From assembly GCF_009914755.1 (NCBI RefSeq), contig NC_060933.1: a stretch of 64,000 nt of DNA; one strand, 5' to 3'. Both the position numbers and the translations under genes were made by a program. This document shows, one piece after another, positions 48,425-62,905 of this stretch. The stretch comes from the human T2T-CHM13v2.0 reference genome, Homo sapiens. Under the pieces are notes generated by a model, which was given only the letters and a program-made list of their open reading frames with translations, was not told where the DNA came from and did not search any database. Every line of letters begins with the position of its first letter. Position 1 is the stretch's first letter.

Positions 48425-48650
48425 GGTGACTAAATGGTCATGGGTCTTCCTCCTCATGTCTTGCTGTGTGCTGTTCCGACTCTCCTGCAATATGGATCAG
48501 ACTCTGAGCCTATCGTATGGTGAGACTCCCAGGTGGATGCTATGTCTAAATACGATGGGTGGTTATGTGTGCACAACCTATGGCATGTACACCACCATAC
48601 AATATCTGTTACCCCTTAGCCTCCACAATGACGTAACCCATCCACATTAA
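48425..48650 (-). mobile_element. Possible ancient RTE-type LINE (L4-like) 3' ORF remnant
   Basis: Minus frame WMGYV...HPPGSLTIR*AQSLIHIAGESEQHTARHEE resembles RTE C-terminal WAGHV...RPxGRPxxRWxDxL...AxDR. Confidence 0.4.
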
Positions 48651-49094
48651 GCAAAAGTCTCTCTTCATCTTTTATTTTTCTAATTTCCCTCTTTCCTATT
48701 TCTCTCCTTCAGTACAGCTTTTCCCTTTGATGCATTGTATTTTTCTCCTGCTATACCTTAGGACAGCTAGTGGTATTTTTGGATGCTATTTACCCAAACA
48801 TGGAGTATCTTAGGGTTAGGAATGTTTTAGGGTCTTGGTCTATATTTAATATAATCATGTGATAAATATATATCTAGTATCAAAATGGGTAGAAGCATTG
48901 AGGTTACAAAGCTTGAATCTTACATAGTATTTGATGACCTCAGTGTCGAAGAGAACAGGCAAACGAGTAAGTTGGTGGCCCCAGCATGTCGGGTAAGGGC
49001 TGGAATTCTGAGAGTAGTGAGGAAACCCAGAGGAGCAGGTGTGCAGAGTGATGAACCTCAGTAAACATGTGGTTAGCAGCGAGCTAGCACTCAT

Positions 49095-49885
49095 TTTATT
49101 TTGAAAGAGATTTTCCTATCATGCCTTTCCCCCAGATAAAATTATTCAATGGCTCCCCACTAGTAAAAGAAAAACTTCAGCCAAATTAAATTTGAAGGAG
49201 TTTAATTGAGCAATGAATGATTCTCAAAATTAGGCAGCCTTCCCAGCCAGACTAGGCTCCCAGACTCCAGCTCAGCCACATGTTGGAAGAAGATTTATGG
49301 ACAGAAAAAGGAAAGTGAAGTACAGAAAATGGAAGTGAGGCACAGAAACAGCCGGATTGGTTACAGCTTGGCATTTACCTTATTTGAACATGGCTCGAAC
49401 AGTTGGCTACATTTGATTGGCCAAAACTCGTTGATTGGCACTAGGGTAGGCTACATTCTGCTTACACTTCACTTGTTACAGTTCACAATGTACAGAAAAA
49501 CCTTTAGGCCAAACTTAAATATGTAAGGAGGCAGCTTTAGATGAAACTTGATTTAATACCATGTTCCCTTGAGTAAATTTTAAAATGTATTTCTTTTCAA
49601 TGTTATCCAATGTCATCTTCCACGTGCTCCCCTTCCCCTGACATCCTCCCAGTCACATCTACTGCCTGCTGCTACCCACAGCCAAATATCCCTCTGTATG
49701 GGCCTTCACATATGCTTCTTATCTGCGAGTCCTGACCCTTTAGCTCATACCTAAAGGGACCTTTCCTCACATTTATGTAGATGGAATGCTGCAAATCTCG
49801 GGTTAAATGCTACTTCTCCAGGAAGCTGGCTTTTATGCCCCCATAGTGATTTCTCCATAGAGAAATGTTTACTTCTCCTTACCAT
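49095..49885 (+). mobile_element. L2 fragment interrupted by MER57; apparently resumes at about 55370-55500
   Basis: ttcaatggctccccac...; ttaaatgctacttctccaggaagc; ctgtaagctccttgagggcaggga. Confidence 0.6.
49161..49558 (-). mobile_element. Solo MER57B-type LTR (ERV1)
   Basis: aaacctttaggccaaacttaaatatgtaaggaggcagctttag; CCAAT boxes; TSD ccac/ccat. Confidence 0.88.
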
Positions 49886-50059
49886 TTGTGCCAGAAAATG
49901 TGAGACTCACTAGAACAACCCTGAAACAATGGGTTTGGAAAGAGGAAGAATTAAATTAAAAGGCCAACAATGAGGAAACTTTGATTTCTGGGGGGCCACA
50001 GGGTCACCCCGATATAAAATTGCATCTGCGTTGTGATCAGTTTCTAAAGGTAAAAGCCA

Positions 50060-50154
50060 CCCATGGAATTCGGAAATAGTGATAGACCCAGCCAATGGAA
50101 TTGAGAAACAGTGATAGACCCAGCCAATGGAATTCAGAAATAGTGATAGACCAG
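50060..50154. repeat. Three tandem copies of a 32-bp unit
   Basis: Unit ccaatggaattcagaaatagtgatagacccag with a few substitutions. Confidence 0.9.
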
Positions 50155-51565
50155 CTTCTAAAGAGTTGATCTATTGGATGTACAGGGAAGTGCAAAAAAA
50201 AAAAAAAAAAAAAAAAGGAAAAAGTGAAATATATAATCCCTTGGTTCTTGTTATAATAGCTAAACTGAGAGAAAAAAAGGGTGCTGACACCAACCTCAGA
50301 TTTTGGTCAGTCTGAGATATGGCCACTAGTCTCAAAGCCATCCTCGAAGGGAAAAAATATGCTGCAATATGCTCTGAAACATCTGGTCATCGAAAAAAGA
50401 GTCCAGGTAAGACAGGAAAAATCAAGAAACTACTGAAACCAGGGGTGCAGCATGACGAAGTTATATCAACAGTTTATGGAAGAACCTTTACTGAAATAAA
50501 TGTAGGAGTAATTAATTCAGAGTCAAGTTTCTTTGGTTTTTGAATACTGCAGAATAGAAAAGCATGTTTGGGTTGATACAAGATCCACAGCTCACTATGG
50601 AACAATCATAGATCACCACACATGATCCAGACACATAGCAGGTTATTCCCTAGGGAACAATTAGCCTACTAGGCTAAATAAAAGACAGTACAAAGTTGTT
50701 TACCATGAGGAGGACTATCCTATTTCCCCTATAAATGCCCATTGGAACATCCCAGGTGAAGGGGCTGGTATGTTTTGTGTGCAAGCCATGCTGGATTGGC
50801 TTTATGATGCTCAGGATATTCATCCACTGTTTGTTTCCCTTATGCAGGGCATGGTTAATGCTATGGTTAAGGGGCCCCCTTTGTATAATCACTCAGTGTA
50901 GCTTTATTGCTGCAAAATCAAGCAACAGTCCAAAGAGCCCTATGGATTTGCTATCTCTGCTTCCCCTTATGTGTCTTAGAGATACACACAACAACAACAA
51001 AACATAATTAACAAGAAAATGGAGAGAGAAGAGAATCAAGAGATTCATTTTAGCAGGGTGGAAAACTTTAGATGACAACAAATTGAATAAATAAAGTAAA
51101 CGTTAATGGTGTTGAAACAAAGGTCTGAATGCAGTGCTATGGAAGGTTGCAGGGACCAACAGGAACCATTGCTGATCCCCCTTTGGCCGGTTTCCCCATT
51201 ACAGGGCCCTACACAAGTCTATTTGTGTCAGTTTGGAGTAATTTTAAAGGCCAGAAAACAAAGATTCCAATGAGGAACCCAGCCTGGAATCACCTGGACA
51301 ATGGTCAGGCAGATTAATCAAGATAAAGTTTATGGAGGGGCCAGAGTCCCATAGCTGAACCCCTTGCCGTTTGAGTGGCAATTACTAGCTTGTGATCAGA
51401 CTTTAATTGAAATGGACTCTATAACTGAAGGACACAAATTAATCTTGAAACCTAAAATATGATCATGGCTTGAGTGATAGTGAAGAAAGGCTTTAATAGG
51501 AAGGACAATAAACAGAAAATTTTCGTAGTCAAATGGAATTGGTTTATGGGGACATGCTACCAGGG

Positions 51566-52258
51566 TGTTTTAGTCCCTTTCTGCTGCTATAACAAACTAC
51601 CTGAGACTGGGTAATTTATAAAGAACAGAACGGGCCTTTGCGGCTTTGCCTCGTGGAAATGATTTTTCACAGTTCTGTGGACCAGGAAGTCTAAGATCAA
51701 GGCTAGTGGAGTTTGTGCCTGGTGAGGACCCATTCCTCATAGTTGGTGGCATCTAGGTGTCCACACATGGCAGAAGGTGAAAGACCAAAGGCCTCAGCTA
51801 GATCCCCCCAGTCCTTTTTGTTCTGTTTTGTTTTTGAGTCTCACTCTGTTGCCCAGGCCGGAGTGCATTGACATGATTTTGGCTCACTGCAAGCTCCGCC
51901 TCCTGGGTTCACACCATTCTCCTGCCTCAGCCTCCCAAGTAGCTGGGACTACAGGCACCCGCCACCATGCCTGGCTAATTTTTTTGTATTTTTGTAGAGA
52001 CAGGGTTTCACTGTGTTAGCCAGGTTGGTCTCCATCCCCTGACCTTGTGATCCGCCCGCCTCGGCCTCCTAAAGTGCTGGGATTACAGGTGTGAGCCACT
52101 GTGCCTAGACACCCAGCCCTTTTATAAGATGCTAGTCCATTCTTGAGGACAAAGCTCTCATGACTTAGCCACTTTCTAAAAGGTCCCACCTCTTAATACC
52201 ACCACAATGGGGATTAAATGTCAACATATGAACTTCAAGGGACATCCAGATCATAGCA
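51566..52258 (-). mobile_element. MaLR LTR (MSTC/MSTD-like), interrupted by Alu
   Basis: tgttttagtcc...tgctgctataacaaa-tacctgagactgggtaatttataaag...catagca; TSD caggg/caggt. Confidence 0.88.
51815..52110 (-). mobile_element. AluY-like
   Basis: Antisense dimer. Confidence 0.95.
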
Positions 52259-52946
52259 CAGGTCAATGTAAATTTATCCAGCGTGTTCACAGGCAGAGCG
52301 ACTCTTTTTCCCCTAGGATGGACTTTGGGACCACCTGGGGGTTATGCAGAGGGCAATGGAAAACTGGCCTATGGAGGGCTTGCCTTGTGGAAATGATTAC
52401 AGGAATTTGAGGGGTGCATTGAAGTGGGACATGCCAATGCCTATCAGAAACCCCCCTTCTAGGATTAGGAGGTACTTGGAGCCAGCAAGAGGATATCCTG
52501 GTGTGCTCGCTTGAGATGGCCACTGGGTTCACGTAATGAGTGAATATTGTGAGGCTGCAGCAGCCCAGAGATGGGCTGAATTACATTTATTCCTTTGTAC
52601 CTTCTGAGGCACAAAATGCTCGTAAAGATTCTTCTTTTTGTTAACAAGAGAGACACAGACTATAGATGGCTATGGAGCAGAGAAGCTGGGAGGAAGGCCC
52701 TGTAAGCCGAATGGATGACATTAGTCCTGGGGGGTGGACGAAGGGGTATAGACAGGAACGAGACACTTGCTCGAGACTTGGCTTTGCTTACCAAGAAACA
52801 GATGCAAATGATCAGAGACAACGGAACAGATTATTCTGCACCAATTTGAATGAACAAGTCATATTTTCTTAGTTCAGGAAACACTTTTGTCCTAACAGTA
52901 ATGGTTTGATAGAGAATTGAAATGGACAATTAAAACATTGGTCATC

Positions 52947-53673
<727 letters not shown>

Positions 53674-54657
53674 CTAGATAGATTCCTCCACTTTTCTGAG
53701 AGTCCTAAGGAAGAGGTAGGGCAAATGTTGTGATGAGTATACAATTCTTCTTACAAAGGAGTTGTGATTACAGCTTTCTTTCTTCCCCACATCACCTCAA
53801 ATTTCTTTTACCTACCTGCTATGGTGGTCTCGGGCCCAGGGCTGCAAAATACCAGAAGGAGGGATAATTCCTAAGTAAAAGCTGTAACTGTGCTTCCTAA
53901 GGACCAGATGGGGTAGATTGTGTCTTTACCCCATCTGGCAAGACTGAGGTTGACAGGAAATGCAGATGTATTGCTTAGTGGTTGACACGCCCCCTAGTTC
54001 TGTACCTCATCCTATATGAATGGGAGTCCACTGAGTGGAAGGCACTCGCTAAACTTGTATTGCTGCCAGGAATCTAGACCAGCACAATGGCTGAACCTAA
54101 TGTGCTTTCTAAATGTGGAAAAGCTTAGAAACTCATAACTGGTGAGAAGAAGAAACACTAGTAGATTATAACAATGAATGTCTGGGTTACACAATGAGGA
54201 AAATTCAATATTATATTAATACTTTAAGAGGGGCTGAAGGCAAGAGATGATATTGTCTCTTAGCTCAGCGATTCCAGATGCTGGAAAGAGTGAAGCCATA
54301 TATTGCTGAAAGCACTCCTGCTTGTGGAACTTGAGAGAATTGAACAGAAGCTGCGAACGTGAGTGATGTCACCCTGGGAGACATTTTGGTTACACCATAT
54401 GATGATGGGCTGTACTAATTATTAATGACTGAATGAGATTCTAGTAATATGTCAATATTTGTTACTCTTATTTTTCAGATTATTTTACCATATTGAAATA
54501 TGGTCAAACACTGGCATAATCGGTAAAATTATAATACTGGTAATGACAGTCAAATATACTGGGAAATTGAGTTAAAAGCTTTTTATTCGTACTCTACAGT
54601 AGCTCCTCCACATTTTAGACATATAAAAGAACCATAGTCAAAAGCCACAGGGTCACC

Positions 54658-55358
54658 TGTTGTGTAATGAAGAATTAGACTGGCCTTTGTCCCTGGCCCC
54701 TGGAAGACTCTCAAACTCTTGGGAATTCCTGAGTAATAGGAGTGTCATTGTTATTCATGAGCTCCTCGGATCACACCTGAATTTGTGCTTAAGAAAAAGG
54801 TAAGCTGTGCCAAAAAGAGCAGCCAAGTGATTGGAGAGTCGGGCTTTGAGACACCAGATGTTAAGTTTGACCTCCAATCTCTGAGGGGTGGGGCTAGAGA
54901 TTCAGTTAAAATATGTGGCCAATGATTAAGTCAATCCTGCCTTTGTGACACAGTCTCAGTAACAACTGGGGACGCCGAAGCTCAGGGAAGCTTCCTGGCT
55001 GGTAAACATGCGGATATCCTGAGAGGATGACAGGTTCAGATTCCGCACGGAGGGGCATGGAGTCTCTGTGTGTGGACCCTCCCAGACTTTGCCAAATGTG
55101 TTTCTTCCTTGGCAGGTCCCAATTTTTATTACTTATAATAAAACTAAGCATAAGTATTTCCTGAGTCCTTTGAGTTGTTCTAGCAAATTATCAAACTCGA
55201 AAGGGTCATGGTGATGCCCACATTTCTAGCCAGTTGTTCAGCAGTGCAAGAGGACTGGGGACACCAGAAGTATGGCTGGTGTCTGAAGGAAGGTCAGTCC
55301 CTTAAATCTGTGGCACCTGTAGCTAACTCCAGGTGGTAAGCATCAGAACTGTGTTGCA
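54658..55358 (+). mobile_element. ERVL LTR (MER77/MER68/MER21C-like), 3' LTR of the preceding internal region
   Basis: ctggcctttgtccctgg...ggaattcctgagtaataggagtgtc-ttgttattcatg...ataataaaact...tctagcaaattatcaaac. Confidence 0.8.
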
Positions 55359-55644
55359 GTGTTCGAACTACCATTTGACATAGTTTTCCCATTATGTTAC
55401 AACTTCTCATTGCAATCCCTGTAAGCTCCTTGAGGGCAGGGATTATATTTTACACTTCTTTGCCTTGAATGTAGTAAAAATTTAACAAGTGGATTAATAG
55501 TAGGTTAAAAGGCATTTTCCAAGAAAAAGACTTGTTTTGCTAATTATTTAGTTATAGAATGCTCTTATTTGTTCTAAAGACAAGGAATAGCAAAACTGAG
55601 GCCCGGGAGGTAAGGAGATGGGCTTGGAAGGTTGCTAGGCCTCT

Positions 55645-55830
55645 AGTTCTGGCAACCCAGTGTAAAATCCCAGGTCTAAAATGCGCTAGCTGAAGGACCT
55701 TGGGCAGGTTATTGCATCTTTTTACACCTCAGGTTGCTCATTTACAAAATGGAATAAATACTAATTTTAGGCCATTTTGTGGTGACTATGAAATGCAAGT
55801 TCTTAACATAATGCCTAGTTTTATGCTGAA
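55645..55830 (+). mobile_element. MIR
   Basis: gaccttgggcaggttatt...cctcaggttgctcatttacaaaatgg. Confidence 0.7.
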
Positions 55831-56711
55831 TAAGGATTAGCTCATACTAATGGTTAAAAGAAAAAATTGACTCAGGGAAATATGAAGATTGATATTTTTT
55901 TAAATGGGGGTTGGTGGTTTGGAAACCAATAAGCACTGTTAGTCTTTCTATTTCTTTTTAATTGAATAAGCAGTAAGCCAAAACAACTATGACTTGCTTG
56001 ATGTTTTAAAATGCTTCTATTATGTAGACCAAACTTAAAACTGTAAGAAAAGCTGTTTGAGACACCATCCTAAAGAATCACACAATTAAAATTCTAGTTT
56101 CTCAGATGCTAATGTTTTTTATTATTTTATTATTTTAACCCATCAAGTCTATGAAGAAAGACAAGAAAACTGTAAAACAAATCGAACAGCAAATTAAAAA
56201 GAAAGTGGTGAAAATTTACAGTTGAGAAAACAGTGCCCACTCCTGACATATACTCCAGAATAGCTTTATTCTCTCTTCCAATATTTGCATCTTAATTTGT
56301 AAACAAAATTATTCATGCAGCTGTCCATTGACATTCCAGAACTTTAAAGGTAGGATGCAAATTAGGATCCAAATTAGGATGTAAAGTCCGTGAACCACTC
56401 AAACAAGTTGCAGTGAGATTACACTCCTACCTGGTGATTATTCCTGATTCATCAGAAGAGGCAGTATCTGTTCATTTCAAAACTAACTTGACACTGATTC
56501 CTTCCAGGTGCTTAAAAAGTCAGTTTCCAAAGCAATTAAACATGAACAAAGTGCATCAGAACTTCATCTCAGTAATTCATCATAGTAACATAAATTTTTT
56601 TCATGCAAAATTATAAAATGGGGATTGGAAATTGGATGCCAAATATTGTTTGAGAAGTCATTTTTGATAGCCACATGAGCAGATGGCTGCTAACAGTTGC
56701 AAGCAGGGAAC

Positions 56712-56920
56712 CAGGAGCCAGGCAGTCTGCGTTTAAGTCCAGCTCTGCTGCGTACTAGCCCGGCTCCCTCTGTGTCTGTCTTTCAGTGCCTCAGTGTTCT
56801 CACCTGTAAATCAGAATCAAAACAGGACCTCCCGCACAGGGCTGTGGTGAGGATTAAATGGATTATTCCATGTCATCAGTATAATGCATGGCACCAAGGA
56901 GGCCTCAGGAGATGTTTTGA
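56712..56920 (+). mobile_element. MIR
   Basis: gtgcctcagtgttctcacctgtaaa...agggctgtggtgaggattaaatg. Confidence 0.8.
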
Positions 56921-57442
56921 TCATGATCCTGCATATTTATCTCTAAAAGATGAAGACAACTGTTTCAGAAATTACCATGAGATAGACTATTACATTTTCA
57001 AATTCCTAAGGTGAAGAATTGAATAGAAAGGCTAGAAAAGTACAGTGAAGCCTTTGTGGACAGAGAGGGTTTACTTCCTCAAGCATTTGTAGGCCCCCAG
57101 TCCTGCTGTCATTCGTTTTTTCCCACAAGCAGAAATGTAATTGCCTATCTCCAGTGATAAATAAAGGGTGCTGAGCACCAACCCACTGTGCAGTCTGAGG
57201 ACTTTCTTCAATGTCACAGGGCTGAGCTTCTAGGATGTCCATAGGAACGAGGCACACACAGGGCTGGAGGGTGTGATGGCTGACTCCCTGTTTTCATGAG
57301 CTGCAGGGAGGGTGGGATCTGGACCTGGGCCTCAGACCCAGCGTCACCCTCTCTGCTGCTTTTGGGGCCCAGAGTGCATCAGAGAGAAGACAAAGTCCTG
57401 TCCCTCCCTGAGCGATGTGGATACACCATCCAAAACTTTGTA

Positions 57443-57762
57443 GTTTTTTGTTGTTTTTGTTTGTTTTGTTTATTTTTTTGAGACAAAGTCTCACTCTGTC
57501 ACCCAGGCTGGAGAGCAGTGGCACGATCTTGGCTCACTGCAACCGCTGCTTCCTAGGTTCAAGCAATTATCCTGCCTCCATCTCTGGAGTAGTTTGGATT
57601 ACAGGCACCCACCACCATGCCTAGCTAATTTTTTCTATTTTTAGTAGAAATGGGGTTTTATCATGTTGGCCAGACTGGTCTCGATCTCCTGACCTCAAGT
57701 GATCTGCCTGCCTCAGCCTCCCAAAGTGCTGGGATTACAGGCGTGAGCCACCGCGCTCAGCC
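57443..57762 (-). mobile_element. AluS
   Basis: Antisense dimer; TSD core aactttg/aacttttg. Confidence 0.96.
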
Positions 57763-57884
57763 CTCTCAGGAACTTTTGTAATAAGAATGGGTTGTGCATG
57801 AAAATAAGCTCCAGTTGTTTGTATCAGAGACTGACATTCACCTAACATATAATCGTTATACATGTGGATGTAAAAGTTATACTG

Positions 57885-59024
<1,140 letters not shown>

Positions 59025-60078
59025 TAAAAACTGATTTTTAAAAAATCAGGCTCGGTCTGTAAGAATGAGTTAATTCTTCCTGTGAGTGTCAAACGTCCCC
59101 TATTAGAGATAACAGGAGTCCTGCAGCTGCTTGGTGAGAAGTTAGACCCGCAGCTCTTCACATTCTTGTGCAGTTTTCAGAGGTCAGAAACATCTTTATC
59201 GCACCAAGAAGCCCCCTCACCACCACCACGAAAAATAAATATAAATGCCAGATAAAAAACAAAAAGCAGCTACTTGCCGGTGTCAGAGAGTGATCACAAA
59301 GGCCAGGAATGGAAGGGCCAAGAATCCAGGGAGAAGGGAAATGCGTTGAATTGGGTCAGCGTTCTCCCTGCACGTATTTGCTGCTTGTTCAGTATTGAAG
59401 GTCAGAGAGACCGAGCAGAATGCTTAGAAACTGTTGACAGTTTCCTAGGTCTGGGGAGATAAAAGTGGAGTTCAGGGCTATAGAGGCAGTGAGCGAAGGC
59501 TGGAGGCGCTCAGATCCTCCCGCGGGGAAGGGGTTCTGAGCTGCATCCTAAGGCACTCACCGTTGTCAGTCCGACGAAACTGCTGGAGAGAAGGTGAGGA
59601 CAAGAGTTCTGAGGGTATTAACTGTGGCCCAAGAAAACTCACCAAGATCCTGGGGAAATCAGAACCTCCAAACAAGGAGGGCAGGCCCCGGGCCTCTGGT
59701 GTTGCAGTGGTGGGGGTCCCATGTGGGTACAAGGACAGCTGAACGGACCCGCTCTGTAGCCTCTCGGGCACAGGGTATGGTGAAATACACACCTCCCCAT
59801 GGCACAGTGAACCCTGAGAGCACTATTTCTAGTCCCTAACGTCCACTCACCGCTGCATGGTTTGGGCTTTCACCTGACCACCTGTCCCTACAGCCTGCCT
59901 TTGCTCTCTGCCTTCTCCACCCTCTCCCCATAGCATTCCTTTCCCTGGCTTCCTTCCTCTGGGTTCAGGAGTCGCTGAAAGGCCTGGAATCCCACAAAGG
60001 GTCAATATCGTCGTGCCCACTTCAGGCAGGAAGAGATCCATGTTCGCTCCCCACATGATGATAGAAACAAAATCTGTC

Positions 60079-60461
<383 letters not shown>

Positions 60462-60859
60462 CTAACCGCAGGCGTCTGTAGCAGGGTGGGAGCGTGTAGG
60501 TGCTTCGGGAGCACCCGAAGCAGCTACAAAGGCCCTGGCTGGTGGCTGGTGAGAGAATCCTACAACATCCAGGTGTCCTGAGCAAGGGTGTGCAGGCTGC
60601 GGGGAGGGAGCTATGAGTGTTGCTGAGGCCAACCTGGAATGTCTTCTTTGTGAGCACAGACTCCCACCTGGCGGTCCCCCAGGTGCCTGGCTGTCTGTTG
60701 GGAAGCCGTTCTCTGCCCCTCGCCCCACCCCCACCTCACCAGTTAGGAAACCTGGCAGGAATCTCCCCACGGATCCCTTCACACCTGCTTGGAAGGTTGG
60801 GGAGCAGGATGCTGACCCCTTTGTGTGGTTCCAGGCTATAATAGCTAATTAACCTGGTA

Positions 60860-60988
60860 AATAACAATTAATCTAGTGAACCTAAATTTGAATACCCTTT
60901 ATATGAGTTTTCTTTTAATGTGTAGTATTTATCAAAAGAAATAATCTTCTTTAAATTGAACTGTGTGGGGTATCTGATATTTGTGCAT

Positions 60989-61020
<32 letters not shown>

Positions 61021-61057
61021 TGCATGTTCCATGGTACAGCATAGTACAGGAAACCAG
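60860..61057 (+). repeat. Diverged direct duplication, copy A (partner 62712-62905)
   Basis: Shared atgagttttcttt...tagtatttatc...(CA)n...catgttccat...aggaaac. Confidence 0.8.
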
Positions 61058-61373
61058 GTGAATGGAGGGTCTGCTCTCAGCTGATGACTGGCAGACCAGC
61101 CACTGAGGAAGTGAGCAGGGCTGCCGGAGAGCCTGGGAAAGCACTGCATATGGGGAGGGGCGGGGAGGGAGAGGGCAAGGGAGGCTTTAGGGACAGGTGG
61201 CAGGAGATGGGGTGGGTGATGTGCGTGGAGTTTCCATCCACCTCTACCTATGAGCAAGAGCAGCCAGGAGAATGCCACACATGCCCCATGTCCTGGGCCT
61301 TGTGTGAATAACTCTGGATTCTGCTTCTCTGTAGGTTTTTTTTTCTCAGTTGAGTTTCTCACTAATTCTCTAC

Positions 61374-61730
61374 TGTATTAGTCCATTTTCACACTGCTAA
61401 TAAAGACATACCTGAGACTGGGCAATTTACAAAAGAAAGAGGTTTAATGGACTTATAGTTACAAGTGGCTGAGGAGGCCTTACAATCAGGGTGGAAGGCA
61501 AGGAGGAGCAAGTCATGTCTTACATGGATGGCAGCAGGCAGAGAGAGAGAGAGTTTATGGAGGGAAAATCCTCCTTATAAAGTCATCAGATCTCATGAAA
61601 CTTTTTCACAATCACAAGAACAGCATGGGAAAGACCTGCCCCCATGATTCAATTACCTCCCACTGTGTGCCTCCCGCAACATGTGGGAATTCAAAATAAG
61701 ATTTGGGTGGGACGAAGCCAAACCATATCA
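61374..61730 (-). mobile_element. THE1 (THE1B-like) solo LTR
   Basis: tgtattagtccattttcacactgct-ataaagacatacctgagactggg...ccaaaccatatca; perfect TSD tctac. Confidence 0.95.
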
Positions 61731-62239
61731 TCTACCCCCACAGAAAAAGATGCATGAGGAAGGGAATCTCAGGAACAAGGAATTGATTCCAGTGTGAAAC
61801 TTCCTCCTGGATGCACATGCAAAATCTTTAGTTTTGTGTTTCTTCAGGACACAGCTTGGGATCATCTGTGATGTCCTCCTTTCCCCGGCAAAGCGGATAA
61901 TGCTGCCATGGGGCCAGGCCTGCCCTCATGCAGCTAGGGGTCACATCTGCCTGCACACAGCATGGGAGAGTGTGGAGGAGGAGGGACAGGACCCTATTTC
62001 CAGACAATTGTCTAACAGGAAGAGGATCATAAAATCCTAAGATTGGCTAATCAACCTCCCTGTTCTACAGATGAAGAAACTCACACTCCCAGGACAAGTG
62101 ACCTCTCAGGACCACACAGAAAGAGAGTTGATGTAATAATTGTAGTAAGTGTTAGAACTAGCCAACTCTGATTATGGGCTGACTCATTTCATAACACCTT
62201 ATATAAATTATGCCTTTTAAATCTAGAAATTGGGTTCTG

Positions 62240-62365
62240 CTGTCATTATTCAAAATTTTAAAATGACAAAACTGAAGCCAAGTGAGATGAAATAATTTTC
62301 CTAATTTTCTGAACTCAGAAGTGGCCGAGCTGAGCGTTCCACCCAGGCAGCCTCGGCACTTTCAG
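62240..62365 (-). mobile_element. MIR
   Basis: aaatgacaaaactgaagcc...agaagtggccgagctg...acccaggcag. Confidence 0.6.
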
Positions 62366-62539
62366 CTTAGGGACCCAGCCATGTATTCAGTGCACCAGCA
62401 CGCAAAGCCTGCCATTCCTGAAGGCTGTTTTTGAAAATGTGCAGGTTACTTCCTTGAGACCCACATTTGGCAGACCTGACCCTTCTCACCATAGTGTAAT
62501 CAATGTTCAGCCCCCTTCTCCAATTTAAAGTGACAATTA

Positions 62540-62675
62540 GTAGGCTCTGTGAAGAATGAGGCATTTTCAGATGTTTTTGGAGAGAGGGGTCGTGATGCAC
62601 TTATCTGGAGATTACTTGTCTAGGAAACTAACTACTGAAGTGTATGCAAATGAAACTGTTGCAGACACAACAAAA
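62540..62675 (-). repeat. Inverted duplicated module, arm 1
   Basis: 62551-62588 is the reverse complement of 63924-63961 at 36/38 nt; atgcaaatgaaac at 62644-62656. Confidence 0.85.
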
Positions 62676-62711
62676 CAGTATACAGTCAACAGCTAGACTA
62701 TACTCAGCAAA

Positions 62712-62905
62712 GCACAATAAAAATCCAGTACACTTAGATTTGCCTAAACTTTAAATGAGTTTTCTTTGAATACCTAGTATTTATCCAAGGGAATTGTTTT
62801 TAAACTTAAATGTGTATACGTATCTTGTGTTTGTGTGCACACACACACAAACACCCCCCCACACACACATATTCCATGTTCCATAGTATAGTATAGGAAA
62901 CAAGG
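62712..62905 (+). repeat. Diverged direct duplication, copy B (partner 60860-61057)
   Basis: Aligns colinearly with copy A on both sides of the CA tract. Confidence 0.8.

Noticed and set aside
50060-50154. 32-bp repeats as a CRISPR-like array
   Set aside because: Head-to-tail with no spacers, in primate DNA, and no cas genes.
56283-56362. Two octamer motifs within 80 bp
   Set aside because: This AT-rich 8-mer is expected several times by chance in 64 kb, and there is no supporting context here.
60868-61362. 164-aa minus-strand ORF, the longest in the track
   Set aside because: Non-ATG start, crosses a (TG)n repeat giving VCVCVC, and shows no homology I recognise.
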